Position numbers and translations under genes: made by a program. Source: Camelus dromedarius (lineage: Eukaryota). Taken from it: 64,000 nucleotides of DNA. Under the pieces are notes generated by a model that had not been told where the DNA came from, searched no databases, and was given only the letters and a program-made list of their open reading frames with translations. Where the stretch lies: NCBI RefSeq assembly GCF_036321535.1, contig NC_087447.1:46378001-46442000 (forward strand), given 5' to 3'. Positions within the stretch are counted from its first letter, which is position 1, and every line of letters starts with the position of its first letter. Positions 24,821-38,740 of this stretch are shown piece after piece.

Positions 24821-27800
24821 TACTTATCTGCAAATTCATCTGGTTGAATACATTAACTATACACAGCATTTTGTATGTCAATCATACCTCAGTAAAGTGC
24901 TTTTTTTTTTTTAAGAGCTTTTTAAACTATAATCATATGAAGTTTGTTAGTAACATCAGGCATTTGATCTAGGAAGGGAAAGCCCATAAGAGGTCGGTCA
25001 CCCAATCCAGTGCCCCCCTTTTCTGAAAGGTGAAACAGAGGCCCAGGACGCCGGCCAGCACCTGTGTCAGATCTCAAGCTTCTGGACTTGCTTCCGCACA
25101 CTGCCTCCCATCCATGCACACGCGCCGAGGCCCGTGCACTCAGGTCCTGGTGCCATGGTTGGGTTAGGGGAGAAAGAGACACAGGTTAGAAGCTCTGAGG
25201 AACACTGCCCAGAGTGGGTGAAGCATTCAAGGCAGATTTCAGGCCGTTCAGCGAGACTCCTCCCCACGGGAAGGTCATGGGCAAACTGGAGGGAGCCCAG
25301 TGAGAAGGGCAGTAGCCAGGGGCCCAGGGAGTAGGGGACAGGTAAGCCCGAGCAGCAGAGGTGTGGGGAGGCACATGAGGCATGCTCAGCCTCCTATGAT
25401 GAAGTCCCTCCTCTTGGCAGACCCCCCACTGGGCCTGGGGGTGAGCAGGGTCTGGAGGGCTCCCAGTGCCTCTGAGACTCTCCAGCCCTGGCTGCCCCCT
25501 GGCCACCTCTGACCACCCTGCTGCCACCTCAACCCAGCAAGGGTGAAGCAAGCCCAAGCCAGATGCCTTTGGTGGTGGAGGTGTACCGGGCTCCAAACCA
25601 CACAGTCCTGACTGGTTCCTGCCCTCGCCCCCATGTCTAAGGCTCTGGATCAACTGTGCCCACTATCACTGCCTGCCCTTCTCTCTGCCTCCATGGCTGC
25701 TTCCGGACCTTCCAGGCCTGGTTCAAGTGTCCCCCTCACCATGAAGCCTTCCCTGACCCCCATCTGCTCCTCCACTAGGCCCAGAGCAGTGATGAGATAT
25801 AGGGGTGAGGTGGAGAGAGCCAGATTTGGATCAGGTGATCCATCCCAGCATTGCCACAGATCTGCTGAGTGAACTTAGATAGGTGTCCTGAAGTCTCTAA
25901 CTGTAGGTGGCCCTGGTCTAAATGGGGTATAACATCCTCACTTCAGCTGGCCCTCCCACAGCCTCTTCTGCTTCCAGTTCCTCCCTTTCTCCCATTAATG
26001 TCATGTAAGTACCACTGATGCTTCAAAAATCCTACTATGGCCACATAGTAGGTGCTCAGTAAAAGGTTGCACTTTTTTGAAACTCTTCATAACCCATCAC
26101 TGACATGTAGAGCTTGCCTGCTGGACTGACTGACGTCCTAAAGAACACTCCTCGTCCAGCTTTGGCGTAGCCACCCTGGGGTGGGCTGCAGCCTGAGTTT
26201 GGGGTGCAAGGTCTGAATTCCCCCTGTTTGTGTTGAGTTATATATACCCTTCAGCTCCAGGGCAGGGACATGGGATGGGCAGCCCTGACCAGGAGAAGGG
26301 CCTGGCCTGGATGTCAGGAGACCAGGCTCCAGGCTGGTCCCGCGGAGTCCCTAGTCACAGGGCACTGCCCATTGGCTGAGCCAGAGCCTATGCTCCCTGA
26401 GGGAGGAGCAGGGGTACATTTAGCTGTACTGAGTGAGTCCCACTGCTCCTCTCTGCTCCTGCCTGACTGTGCTTGGGTGAGTATCAGCTCTGGGGTAGCC
26501 CAGGAGGTTGGTGGGGGCTGCAGTGGAGGCTCTTACCAGGGACGGTTTGGCAGGGCAGGCACGAGGAAGAAGGGCAACTCTCTGGACAATCACACCACTA
26601 CCCCCAGTCCACACCAACATCCCCCTCCCCTGCTCCAGGTCTTCTCAGAAGGAAACCCTTTTCCAAGCCTAAACTGGATTCCTCCTTTATGAAATTGAGT
26701 CTCATCAATAGTGGAAAATCAGCAGGAGTTTAGTTCATACTCTCACTTCTACTCTCCCATCTTCTTTTTTCTTATTTTCTTCCACGGGACTTTCACCAAG
26801 CCCAGGTGTCTCCCTTGAGGTGTGGTGACAATGAGGAAGAGCTTGGCTTTGGAGTTCTAGTCCCAACCCACCAATTCTGGGGTCTCTGTCATTAGGCTAT
26901 TTGCACCCCACCTTCCCGTCCTCAAACTCGGACTCTCAGGTTGGACAGCCTTTTCTCTGAGGAGCCTTCCCTCCCCGACAGGCAGAGTTAGACTTCTCCC
27001 CTGGGAGCCACAGCACTCTGGTTCTTCCCCCATTGGACTCTGAACTTCTTGGGCAATGAAACTGTATCTAATGCATCCATGAAGCCCCCTGTGTCTAGCA
27101 GAGCGGTACACGATAAACATCAAAAAAGATGTTGAATGAACAAATAAAGGGGGACTTCGTATGTCTGACTCTCAGTCATAATACCTGCCTAGTAAACACT
27201 ATCACTACGAAATGAGGAGGAAACCACATGTGAAAGTACTTAACTGAGCCCAGCCATGGCAAGTCCTTAAAAAAAGGTTAGCTTTCTTTCTGCTCCTTTC
27301 TATCAAAACAACCTCAAGAAGACAACTATCCCTCAGCGTTAATAGAGGACAGAACTGGGACCAAGGGGGTGACACTATACAAAAAGAGATTTCAGGCCTA
27401 GGTGAGGAAAGACATTTAAGTAAAGCCAACCACTCATGGGACTGATGGCCTGAGACACAGTAGGAAGTAACCTGAGGTACGGGCTGTGCAGGCTGAGGGC
27501 ACCCGTATCAGGGAAGGAGCTGAACAAGATGCCCGCTACAGGCCTCTGCTGTACGTGGCTGTGAATTCATGATTCTCGGTATTCTTCATGGTCATGGAGG
27601 CCCAGAAAGGGCATGGGAGGAGGGGCCCATCTGCCCTGGGGCTGGATGTCTAGGGATCACTGTTACCAACACCCCCAGGTACTGGGAGGTTGGCAGTGCC
27701 CATCTTCCTTTTAAGCCCCTTGGATATGAACAGAAAATCCTCCCTGTATGATGGCCTTCATTTCTGAGGCCCTAATCCTCCATTGTCTGAGTTTTGATGT

Positions 27801-28189
27801 CAGTGAGGCAACTGTCTAGCAGTGAGTGCAGTCAGAGCAGTAAGTGCAGAGCAGTAAGCAAAGGAGCCAGGTTTTTCTTACAGGATTCAGTCTGCAGTGG
27901 AGCCACTCTCCAGAAGAGGGTGTGTTTATAGATCCCAGTGGGTGTCACTGAGTGTTTTACTGACTGTGTATATGTTTTCACATACATCCTAAAGAACCAT
28001 AGTTCTTACTCCACAGAGTGATTTGATACGAGCTACATGGAGTGTGACTCAAAGTATCACCAGTTTACAGATTCATTCAGTGGGTCAGGGTGTTTAGTCA
28101 CCCTACTGAAATGTAAATCATCCTGTAGGAGTCTATGCAATCAATTTCAAATCTTTTATGAAATGGGCAAATTACCAGAAGATGTAATT

Positions 28190-31110
28190 TTCCAGGTTTA
28201 CTTAAGAAGTGATTAAAAACCTGAGCAGATTAATTGCCATGAAAGAAATCAGAAAGTGTCACTACATAACCATCACCCAAAAAACGTCTATGCCCAGATT
28301 GTTTTATTGGTGAGTTTTTTTCCCCCAAACTCAAGGAATGAATCATTCCTGTACAATAAAAACTATTCTAGAAAATAGAACTTAAAAGGGAAACTGAATT
28401 GATTCATTATGAAGCTGGCATAACTGTGATACCAAAACCTCATAAAGATAGTTCCAACAGAGAAACCTATAGCTCTACTCTAAATAAAACACTAGCAAAT
28501 CAATTTTGACAGTACTTAAAAATATAACCGTAGTGTATTTTATATATTTGTCAATTAGTCAAATTTTAAAAGCATTGGCTAATTATAGTTGATGCCAAAA
28601 AAGCATTTGAAAATGTTAAACACAAATTCCTGATTTTTTTCATTATTAAAAACTAGAAGCAGGAAGGTACTTCATCAACATGAAAAATCTCAAACCAACA
28701 AGCAACATCACACTTAACATAGAAACAGTAGTTCTAATAAAATTGAGGAAAAAAAATTAACATACCTTTTCTTATCATTTTTTAAGATTATTTTGGAAGT
28801 TCTGGTTTATGAAAAAAGATGCAAAACAGAAATGAAAGTCCATTTATTATTTTTTAAAAAGAAAAAAGAAAAGGATAATTCTCCCTTAGATACCCAATAA
28901 GATCAACTGGAAAATGTTTTTAATTAATAAGGGAATTTTTAAAGTAGCAGTATATAAGATAAATGTACAAAATCAGTAACATTCCTATATAAGATATTAC
29001 CAATTCAAAAATATGATAGAAAATTATTGTATTCTCAATGGTAACAAATAGCAAAATACCTAGGAATAAACTTAACAAGCAATGTGGGAGACCTATCCAT
29101 TATTCAGCCAATACTTACTATCTCCTATGTATCAGGCTCTATATTTAGGTTCCTGGAATGTAAATGTGAGTGAAGCGGTCAGAGTTCCCACTGTCATCGA
29201 CCTACACAAATAAAACTCAGAAACTGCTATGAGATATAAATCAAGACTTAAAGACTTAGAACACCACACTTTGATACTGGATGGAAAGACTGAATGTTGT
29301 CAAGGTGTCAGTCCTCCACAGATTAATTCATAGGTTTAATGAAATCCCAATTTTTAAAATTCAAAATGGGCTTATTTTTGAAAATTGGCGAAATGATTCT
29401 AAAGGTTGGAAGAATGAAATTTGAGAATAACAAAAATTAACAAAAGTACTTGTAGAGATGTTTCATTAGAAATCAAATTATGAAACTACAGTGATTAAAA
29501 TAGAACAGTACTCTCTTACAACTCAGCAGTAAAAGACAACTCAATTTAAAATGGGCAAAGAATTTGAATGGACATGTCTCAAAAAAATACAAATGGTCAA
29601 TGTGCACATGAAAAGATGCTCAACACCATCAACTCTCAGAAAAACACAAATCAAAACCACTAGGCTAGCTAGAATAATAAAGACAGGTAATAATAGGTGT
29701 TAGTAAGGATGTGGAGAAAATGGAACCCTCATATATTGTTCATAGGAATATAAAATGGTACAGCTGCTTTAGAAAACAATCTGATAGCTCTTCAAAAGGT
29801 TAAACATAGGGTTCCTATACCCAACAATTCCAAGAGAAATGAAAACATATATTCACACAAAAACTTGTACATGAGTGTTCAGAGAAGATTATTCATAGTA
29901 CCTAAAAAGTGGAAACAACCCAAATGTCCATCAGCTGACAAATGGATCAATAAAATATGGTATAGCCATACAATGGAATATTATTCAGTCATTTAAAAGG
30001 AATGGTATACTGATACATGCTATAGCATGGATGAACCTTAAAAATATGCTAAGTGAAAGAAACCAGCCATTAAAAAGCATATATTGTATGAATTCATTAA
30101 GTGTCCAAAGTAGGCATGTCCACTGACTCAGAAAGTAGATTAGTGACTGGTTGCACAGGGTTTTAGGGAATGGGGAAAATGGGGAGTGTCTACAAAGGGG
30201 TACAGGGTTTCTATTTAAGGTGATAATGTTGATTGCGGTAATGGTTGCACAACTCTGAATTTACTAAAAACCACTGAATGATACACTTCAATGGGCAAAC
30301 TATATGATATGTGAATTATATCTCAATAGAGCTCTATTTTAAAAACAGCATGTTATTGGCACAAGAACAAACAGAACATCATAACCTATAAAACAACCCC
30401 TTAAACTAGGATAAAGATAGTAACACAAAGCAGTGGAGAAAATGGGAAAAAAGGACAATTATTTAGCTACTTGGGGAGAAAATACCAAGTTTGATCATGA
30501 CTTCATGTCACATATCAAATTCAATTCCATGTATACTAAAACTTAACATAAAAATTAAGCCATACCGTAAAGAAAAATAAAACATAGTATACTATCTTTT
30601 TGATCTTTGAATGAGGAAGGACTTGCTAGGCTTAAAACTAGAAAAGAACTCACAAACAGAAATGTCAATAGATTCAGTTTTATAAATTTAAAATTCTTAG
30701 TCTTAATAACATCATAAACAAGATAAAAATACTAAGATTTGGAAAATCTGTTTCAATGGATAAAAAAGTGATAAGGATTTTAATAGTTAAATTGCTAATA
30801 GAAACAGTCCCTAATAGTACATAGGCAAAGTACACAAAAAGAAAATTCACAAAATAGACCATGCAAATTAAAATGAGATAGTATTTTTCAACCATCAAAG
30901 TACTAAAATAGTTTTTTTTCAGTCATGGCAATTTAATACTAGCACCAGTGATTCAGTGACAAGATTGATACAACTTTCTTGGAAATCTGCTTCGCACCTT
31001 CAAAAATGTTCATATCATTTGACCCAGTAATTCTACATCTAAAATCTACCCTGAAGAATTTACTTGAAATGCAGACAAAGATTTAATGAAAGATGTGTAT
31101 CTCATTAAAC
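28190..31110 (+). mobile_element. Old L1M ORF2 remnants with a nested L1 3' end (about 29510-30345)
   Basis: A-rich degenerate L1 ORF2 motifs (gatgccaaaaaagcatttga, aaaatacctaggaataaacttaac) and L1M 3' UTR. Confidence 0.8.
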
Positions 31111-31268
31111 TATGAGCTTTAATCTCTCATTTTTTCTCTAGGAATACTAGAAACTGATGAAGCTCAAAGCCTGGTAAAGCTGGGGCAAGCCCTAGTGGGG
31201 GCCAAGGTACAGAAACCAGGCCTCCTGCCCCTCTTACATCCCCAGAGCCATCCTGCTCCCCAGGGAAG

Positions 31269-32273
31269 ATGTCAGGGTGGAACAATGGCAGCTCCAACGT
31301 GTCCTACACCAGCTTCCTCCTGCTGGGCTTCCCAGGGCTGAAGGAATCCTGAGCCCTCTTGGTGCTGCCCTTCCTCAGCCTCTACCTGGTGATTGTCTCT
31401 GCCAATGCCCTGGTCATCCACACGGTGGTGGCCCAGAGGAGCCTGCACCAGCCCATGTACCTACTCATCGCCCTGCTCCTGGCTGTCAACATCTGTGCCG
31501 CCACCACCGTGGTGCCTTCCATGCTGTTCAGCTTCTGCAGGCACTTCAGCCGCATCTCCCTGGCTCGTTGTCTGGTCCAGATGTTCTGTATCTACTTCCT
31601 CATTGTCTTTGACTGCAACATCCTCCTGGTCATGGCACTGGACCACTTTGTTGCCATCTGCTACCCTCTCCGCTACCCAGAGATAGTGGCAGGCCAGTTG
31701 CTGGCTGGCTTGGTAGGGGTGGCAGCCACCAGAAGCACTTGCATCGTTGCTCCAGTGGTAGGGTTGGCCTCCCGGGTTCACTTCTGCCACTCAGATGTGA
31801 TCCACCACTTTGCCTGTGAGAACATGGCCCTGATGAAGCTCTCCTGTGGGGACATCTCCCTAAACAAGACTGTGGGGCTCACTGTCTGCATCTTCAACAG
31901 AGTCCTGGACATGCTGCTACTCGGAGCCTCCTAGTCCCGCATTATCCACGCTGCATTTCGAATTTCATCAGGCAGAGCACGTTCCAAGGCCTTGAACACC
32001 TGTGGCTCCCACCTGCTGGTCATCTTCACTGTCTACTCTTCTACCATGTCCTCATCCATTGTCTACCGTGTGGCCCGCACGGTCTCCCAGGACGTGCACA
32101 ACCTGCTCAGCGCCTTCTACCTGCTGCTTCCATGTCTGGTCAACCCCATCGTCTGCGGGGCCAGGACCAATGAAATAAGGCAGCACTTGGCAACTCTGGT
32201 CCAAAGGGCACAACTGCGGGTCCCCACTGAGAAGCCCCAGTCCCTGCCCTCACATAGAGAGCATCCTGCCTGA
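31269..32273 (+). pseudogene. Class I olfactory receptor pseudogene, OR55B family, mouse Olfr544/Olfr545 (MOR42)-like
   Basis: Single-frame 334-codon 7TM sequence (MSGWNNGSSNVSYTSFLLLGFPG..., LHQPMY, KALNTCGSHL); in-frame stops TGA 31350-31352 and TAG 31932-31934; DRY motif changed to DHF and NPIIY to NPIVC. Confidence 0.93.
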
Positions 32274-33249
32274 CTCTCTGGGACTTGTAGGTCCTTCAAG
32301 TCACTCTCACTATCAAGCCGGTAAATGTGCAATGAGTTGTCTCTGCTATATTTCGGCTTTCGCTCTCTGCATTTCTTTGAGAATCTTTGATGCACCTTCT
32401 AAAAATGGCTACTCCTCCAGCATTACACGGTAACCAACTACAAATTAAGCTTCTGTCTCTGGCTTCTATATTTTCTTCCCTCCTTTCTGCATGTGATTTT
32501 CATTCACTTTCATTCATCAAACATCTATTATACATACATACATCACGTTAGCCCCATTATTGCAAAGAAAGAAAAATATTGATCTCTACCCGAAGGAAAT
32601 CCCAATCTAGCAAGCCATAAAGATATGTAATGTTCAGTAATAGCTTCATGCACAAAATTCTGTGGAAACTTAGAGGAAGGACAAACACTAACACAGAACA
32701 CTTCACAGGGAAGGTGAATTTGAATTGTGTTTGAAGGATAAGATAAAGTGTTTACTGCAGAGGAAGGAGAAAGAAAGAAGAAAAGGCATTCTAGGCCAAA
32801 GGAACACCATGGGCAAAGACATAGCAGCATGGATAGACAGCTGACCTGAAAACTCCTCAGCAGCCCCACGTTTCCCTAGCACAGAGCAGGTTTGGTGGCC
32901 TGGTGGGAAATGAGGCTGGATATAACGTAACGCTTGCCTGAAGGACAGAAATAGTTTGCGGAGTCCTGAATCCACCATCACAAAGCTGAGTATAGTAGGT
33001 TGAGTTTGGGGTGAGACACAATAGCTCAACAACTTTGAAATTGTTGCAAAAAATGTTTCACAGAAAATAAAGAAAATGAGAATATTGCACGGTGCTGGCT
33101 TGATCATTCTGCAAGCAAGCAGAGAGAACTCTGGTCTATTTCTTATGTAGTTTACACATATTGAAAGGGGTCATGAAAGGCCACCTTTACATTTTGTTCA
33201 ACCAGGAAAATAGGCATAATAACTGGGATATCCCCATAATAGCTCCTGT

Positions 33250-34560
33250 AACAGATATTGCAATGACAGCAAGTGACTTGCCTCAGTGAAGGGGAGATTA
33301 TCAGACCTGGATAAACTGTCTGAGTGTTTCTTCTTGTTGTCTTGCACATTTGCCATCCTCATGAGAACGTTCTCAAGTTAATTTGTAGAAGGATGAAAAA
33401 TACGTGAAGCAGAGCTGAGTTACCCCATTACCCCAGCCAAGGCCAACGTAGATGAGCCATCAGCCAGCCAATAACCATAACGTAAGCAAGCCCAGTCAAA
33501 GTCAACATAGCTGCCTGGTCAACCAACAAGATGTGAGCAATAACTGTTTGTTGTTGTATGTATGCCACTGAAGGTTTGCAGAAGTTGGTTACACGGCAAT
33601 TTTGTGGCAATAGATAAATGATACAAACAGTGGTAGCAGGAGTAGGGTGTTGTAGAACAAAAATCTAAAATACGCAGTGTTGGCACTGGGATTGATCAGT
33701 GGGAAAACAGAGGGGGAGTTCTGATTTTGAGCTAAGCCATGGGATTTTCTTGGGCCAAGGGGATGTTAGCAGAGCTGATACAAGCAAAGACTTGAAAAAG
33801 TGCCTGGGTATTCACAAAGCTTCTTTCCTTGACCAAACTCCAGTCGGGCTCCTGAACCTTCTCCTGGGCCCATCTGTGCACTTCCTTGTAAAGTCCAGTT
33901 TCAGCAAGAATCCTGCTAAGTCAGTTTAACCGAAACTCTTCACCCTCGATATCTGAAAGTCCCTCACCCTCCACCATCCCCTAGGTAATGTCTGATCACC
34001 TGGCCTGTCTTCAGCAAAGAATTCTGTTAGGTCAGTTTAGCCAGAGTTCTCTTACACCTATTGTTTCCTCTTAGTAATTCTCCATCCACTGACCCTCATC
34101 CTGCGTCTTAGCTATCAATTCCCATTTGCCCATGTTATATTTGGAATTGAACCTGGTTCTATTCTGAGGTCTCTTTCCCCCTATTAACATAGTCTTGAAT
34201 AAAGTCTGTTTCTAACATTGTAACTACTGTCCAGAACTGCGTTTTGTTCTACAGTATTTCCACTTATGTTCTTGCATCTCTGCTATAATTATGAGCACAT
34301 GCTTGGGCTAGCCTGCTGGAGGAACAAAGATGCATTCTGCATAGCTGAGTTGTCCCAGCCATGCCACCCAATGCTAACCTAGATAGGCTGATATAGCCAG
34401 CCAACCCCTGGACATGTGAGCAAACCCAGCCAAAGTCACTGAGGCACCTAGCTGACCACCCTAAGTGTGCAAACAATAAATACTTACGATAAATGGATGC
34501 CACTGAGATTCTCCAGCTGCTGGTTATGCAGCAATTTTGTGACAAGAGGTAACTGACAAG
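33250..34560 (+). mobile_element. MaLR (MLT1-like) remnant: two LTRs plus start of the internal region, interrupted by an ERV1-like solo LTR (about 33790-34250)
   Basis: Similar LTR 3' halves at about 33430-33625 and 34345-34560; internal start tggtagcaggagtagggtg after the first LTR; nested LTR with aataaa at 34198. Confidence 0.6.
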
Positions 34561-35088
34561 ATGGCTAAACAGTGGTTTATATACATTATGTCTACAGTAA
34601 ATATTTGTCTTTTTCCCTTATCACACTGTATTAATGTATGTTGGATAATTAACTGCTTAACAATACATTCTACAAGGCTAGAAACTATTTTTAAAGATCT
34701 CAGAGTAAGGTAGTGAGAAAACATTATTCTCTGAATAGGAAAGGCGTCGTTTGTTAAAGAAAACACATTGACAATTGCTTGAAGATAGAAGATGTTAACA
34801 GTGAGGGGATTGTGCCAATAAATAGCACTTCCAATAAAAGGAATCAAGGATGCCTTGGGGGGGGATTGGCTGATTCAGGGTTGGGGTATGAAAAATACAA
34901 GATGGTCTGGATTATCTTATAGGGCCAGAAAGTAATGGAGAAAACTGGCAGTCTCTTAAACAAATGGTAGTGTTAACATCACCAGTAATGGCACAAAGGG
35001 GTATCATATTTCTTTTGAAATGAGGTACTGAGATATCACTTCCGTGGTATTCTTGCAAAAAAAATTTATATAGATATACAATATATAA

Positions 35089-35093
<5 letters not shown>

Positions 35094-35137
<44 letters not shown>
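35094..35137. repeat. (TA)22 microsatellite
   Basis: Perfect TA run. Confidence 0.95.
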
Positions 35138-35138
<1 letters not shown>

Positions 35139-36481
35139 CCTGAATAGAATCAAGAGGAAACATGAAACAGACCCAAGATGAGGGATGCTCTCCAAAACAA
35201 CTGGCCAGTACTCTTTGAAAGTGTGAAGATCATGAAAGACAAGGGAAAACTGAAGATCTGTTCCAAATTAAAGGAAAGAATGAAGACATGAAAACCAAAG
35301 GCAAACATGCAATGACGGATTGGATTCAAAGTCAGAAAAGGGACATTAGTGGGACATTTGACAGAATTTGGATAATGTCTGGAAGTTGGATAATAGTATC
35401 ATGTTGATATTAGTTTCCTGATTTTGATAATTCTACTGGCGAAGTGGGTGAAGGGTACACAGGAATTTTTTTGTACTATTGTTGCAACATTTTTAAAGTC
35501 TACAATCATTTCAAAATTGAAATTTTTAAACATTTGCAAGAGTGAGCGGAACTATTCTCTATGAAAACTGAGGGAAATTTTCAGTTCCTAGAGAGAGGGA
35601 AGATGAAGAAGAGGGAGGGCAATCCAGGACACCTCAAAAGTGTGCATACTCTATAGTGCGAACCCTCCCCCAAACCCCTCAGTGACGGCTACAAAAATCA
35701 CAAAGCCACACAGAAACCTCAGAGAGCAGCAAACACAAGAGCAAAGACAAAGTGAACATGATGCACTAAACCACAGGAACTTGCTGAAATCATGATGAGG
35801 GCTCTAGACTGTCACAACTCAGAAGAGGCTATGTGCACAATATAATACATAATATACATTATACTTAATTGTTTATCAGAAATTTAGAGAAAGGTACATC
35901 TAAATGTTAAAATCCAAACCATAAAGATTTTAAAAGGTAACAAAGGAATGTATCTTCATGACATTGGGGTAATAAAAGTCTTTGAAATAGAACACAAAAA
36001 CCACTGACTTTTTTATAAAGGAAAGGAAAAAGTGATGTAAATTTGACTATCTGAAGGAAAAAAAGGGTAAGTTTGACTACATTAAAATTCAGAATTTGGG
36101 GTAATCAAAAGCAGAGCTGCCACCTTCATGTAATACATTAGATAGGTAATCTGCACAAAGGCATCTGGCAAAAGCAAGTGAAAGATGAAATTCTGCCCTC
36201 ATTACACTTACCAAGCCATCAGAGAGGGAATCTATTTGTCATTTGTACAAAAGTATCCTATGGACTAGACACAGCTTTGATTAAAAGATGCCATAAGTTA
36301 GTGAAAAGGCAAGCCACAGATTTGGGGATGATATTTACAATAAATTTAACCAACAAAGAACAGTATCCGGAATATATAAAGAATAACTATAAAACAGTAA
36401 GAAAAAGACAGATTACTTATTTTATCAATAAGTAAAAAAGGCAAAAGACTTGAAAAGTGACTTCAAAAAAAATAAGCATAT

Positions 36482-37156
36482 ACTATTTACAATAGCCAAG
36501 ACATGGAAGCAACCTAAGTGCCCATCACAAATGACTGGATAAAGAAGTTGTGGTATATTTATTCAATGGAATACTACTCAGTCATAAAAAAGAATAAAAT
36601 AGTGCCATTTGCAGCAACATGGATGGACCTGGAGATCATCATTCTAAGTGAAGTAAGCTCACAAAAGAAAGAAAATACCATGTATCACATATATGTGGAA
36701 TCAACAAAAAAGGGCATGAACTTGTTTACAAAACAGAGACAGACTCACAGACATAGAAAACAAACTTATTGAGGAGTGGAGGGCATAGCTCAGTGGTAGA
36801 GCACATGCTTGGCATCCTGGGTTCAATCCCTAGTACCTCCATTAAGGGGAAAAAAGTGAAATATAAAATTGAATTTAAAAAAAAAGAAAAAGAAAACAAA
36901 CTTATGGTTACCAGGGGGAAAAGGGGATGGGGAGGGATAAATTGGGAGTTCAGGATTTGTAGATACAAACTACTATATATAAAACAGATAAACAACAAGG
37001 TCCTATTGTATAGCGCAGGGAATCATATTCAATACCTTGTAATAGCCTATAATGAAAAAGAATATAAAAAAGAATATATATATGTATAACTGAATCACTA
37101 TGCTACACACCAGAAATTAACACATTGTAAATTGACTAAATTTCAATTAAAAAAAT
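36482..37156 (+). mobile_element. Younger L1 3' end inserted in older L1 (about 35900-37960)
   Basis: WIKKLWYIYSMEYYS ORF2 end; TSD aataagcatat at 36471-36481 and 37157-37167. Confidence 0.85.
36770..36890 (+). mobile_element. tRNA-derived SINE (camelid type) nested in L1
   Basis: gggcatagctcagtggtagagcacatgctt...gttcaatccc; perfect 15-bp TSD agaaaacaaacttat at 36755-36769 and 36891-36905. Confidence 0.92.
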
Positions 37157-38299
37157 AATAAGCATATGAAAAGGTATTTGACCTCCAGCCTCTCATATAC
37201 AGATGTTTAGGTTGTACACTATACAACCTCACAATATCTAATGTGTAGACATAGTAGATTTGTATATATATTACAATTTCTCATCAGATGGCAATGGAAA
37301 CTCTCATACAGTACTACTGAGGTTATAGATTGGTAAAACTGCTTTGGAAGACAATTTGCCATTTTCTAGTACTATTGAAGATATAAATGTGTACACTTTG
37401 ACGCAGCAAATCTCCTCAGGCACTTGGGCATCAAAGTACATGTACAAGAATACTCATAGTGGCACTATCCCCAATTGTGAAAAACCAGAAATGTTCCTTA
37501 GCAATAGAATAGGTAAATAGATTATGGTATATTCCTACATTAGATGCTATCAATAAAATTAACTATAGTCACATACAACAAGAATGAACTTTCAAACATA
37601 ATATTGATTTCTTTCTTATTTTTCTAAATTTCTTTAGGATACAATGGACTGTGTAAAGCCAAAAATATACAATGCATTGTGGGGTTTCTAATTTGTGCAG
37701 AAATAAAGCATATGACAACAATAACACAAACAATGGAAGAGGGGGAAGGGAAGAATTCTGTTGCAAGGATCTCATAGTCTTCATTGAAGTGGCCTAATAT
37801 TACTCAAAGGTAGATTATGGTGAATTAAAGATGTGTACCACAAATCCCAAAGCAACTGCTAGCGAGGAGGCACAGCTAATAAGCCAACAAAGAAGATTGA
37901 ATCATGAAATTGAATCATGAAAAATATTTAATCCAAAGAAAGCAGAAAAAAAGGAAAAGAGGAGCTTTTTCAGTCCTACTATTTTTAAATTCCAGAGGAC
38001 AAACTGGTGATGCCTCTTCAGAGGAGCCAGCCCGTGCCTCTGTTGGTCCTGGCTGCTCACAGTAGTATCCACACCAATCACCTCCCTCCCAAGCTCCTAA
38101 ACCGCCCCGACTGGAGAAGTAAACGCTCACCAATCTCAGCGTATGCATACACGTCCAGGCACCCATCTACACGGGCGCACACGCACGCACACACACACAC
38201 GCCACGCCCCTAAATCAGGTCTTGACCACTCTCTGTCACCCAAGTGCCCTTTCCTGTCTTTGACTCCCAAATTGCAGGAGCCCCCTCCCTTCAGCTGAG

Positions 38300-38740
38300 C
38301 CCCAGTTCATCCTAGGCAGTAATACCCAGCTTCTGCCTGTTAGTGCCCCTGGGATGGCACCTGACCTGACCTGCTCTCTCCGAGCCTCTAGTGGCTCCTC
38401 TGTAAAACAGGAGAAACCCCTCAGCAGATGTAACTGCTCTGTGAAAAACACCAAGAGCCATAGAAATGAAAATGTTAGTACAGTGTTATCTCCATCCAGC
38501 CTCTCCCTGGGGTCCTCCTTAAGTTCTGGGTTTCTCACAGTTTCCGCCTTTGAGTCCCTGGCAATGCCTCCCCACTGGGAATCCCCTGGAGCCACGGGTC
38601 TCTTATCCGTCCTCCCCCTCAGCCTCAGATCCGTGCCTTGGAGCTGGGCACTGAGCTCAGGTCTCACCTTTTCAGAGGTGAAATGAAAGCTGCAGCAGGC
38701 TACAACTAACAGGAGTCTTCTTCAGGCTGCCACGGTGAGG
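38300..38740 (+). promoter_or_regulatory. Candidate promoter and 5' non-coding exon region of the OR55B1-like gene
   Basis: O/E-like sites CCCCTGGGA 38346-38354 and TCCCTGGGG 38504-38512; possible donor ACG|gtgagg at 38734/38735; about 4 kb upstream of the OR ATG, typical of OR genes with a 5' UTR intron. Confidence 0.4.

Noticed and set aside
36770..36850. tRNA-like sequences here and at about 6170, 7880, 50680, 58745 and 61870
   Set aside because: A and B boxes are followed by A-rich tails and flanked by TSDs; these are SINEs, not tRNA genes.
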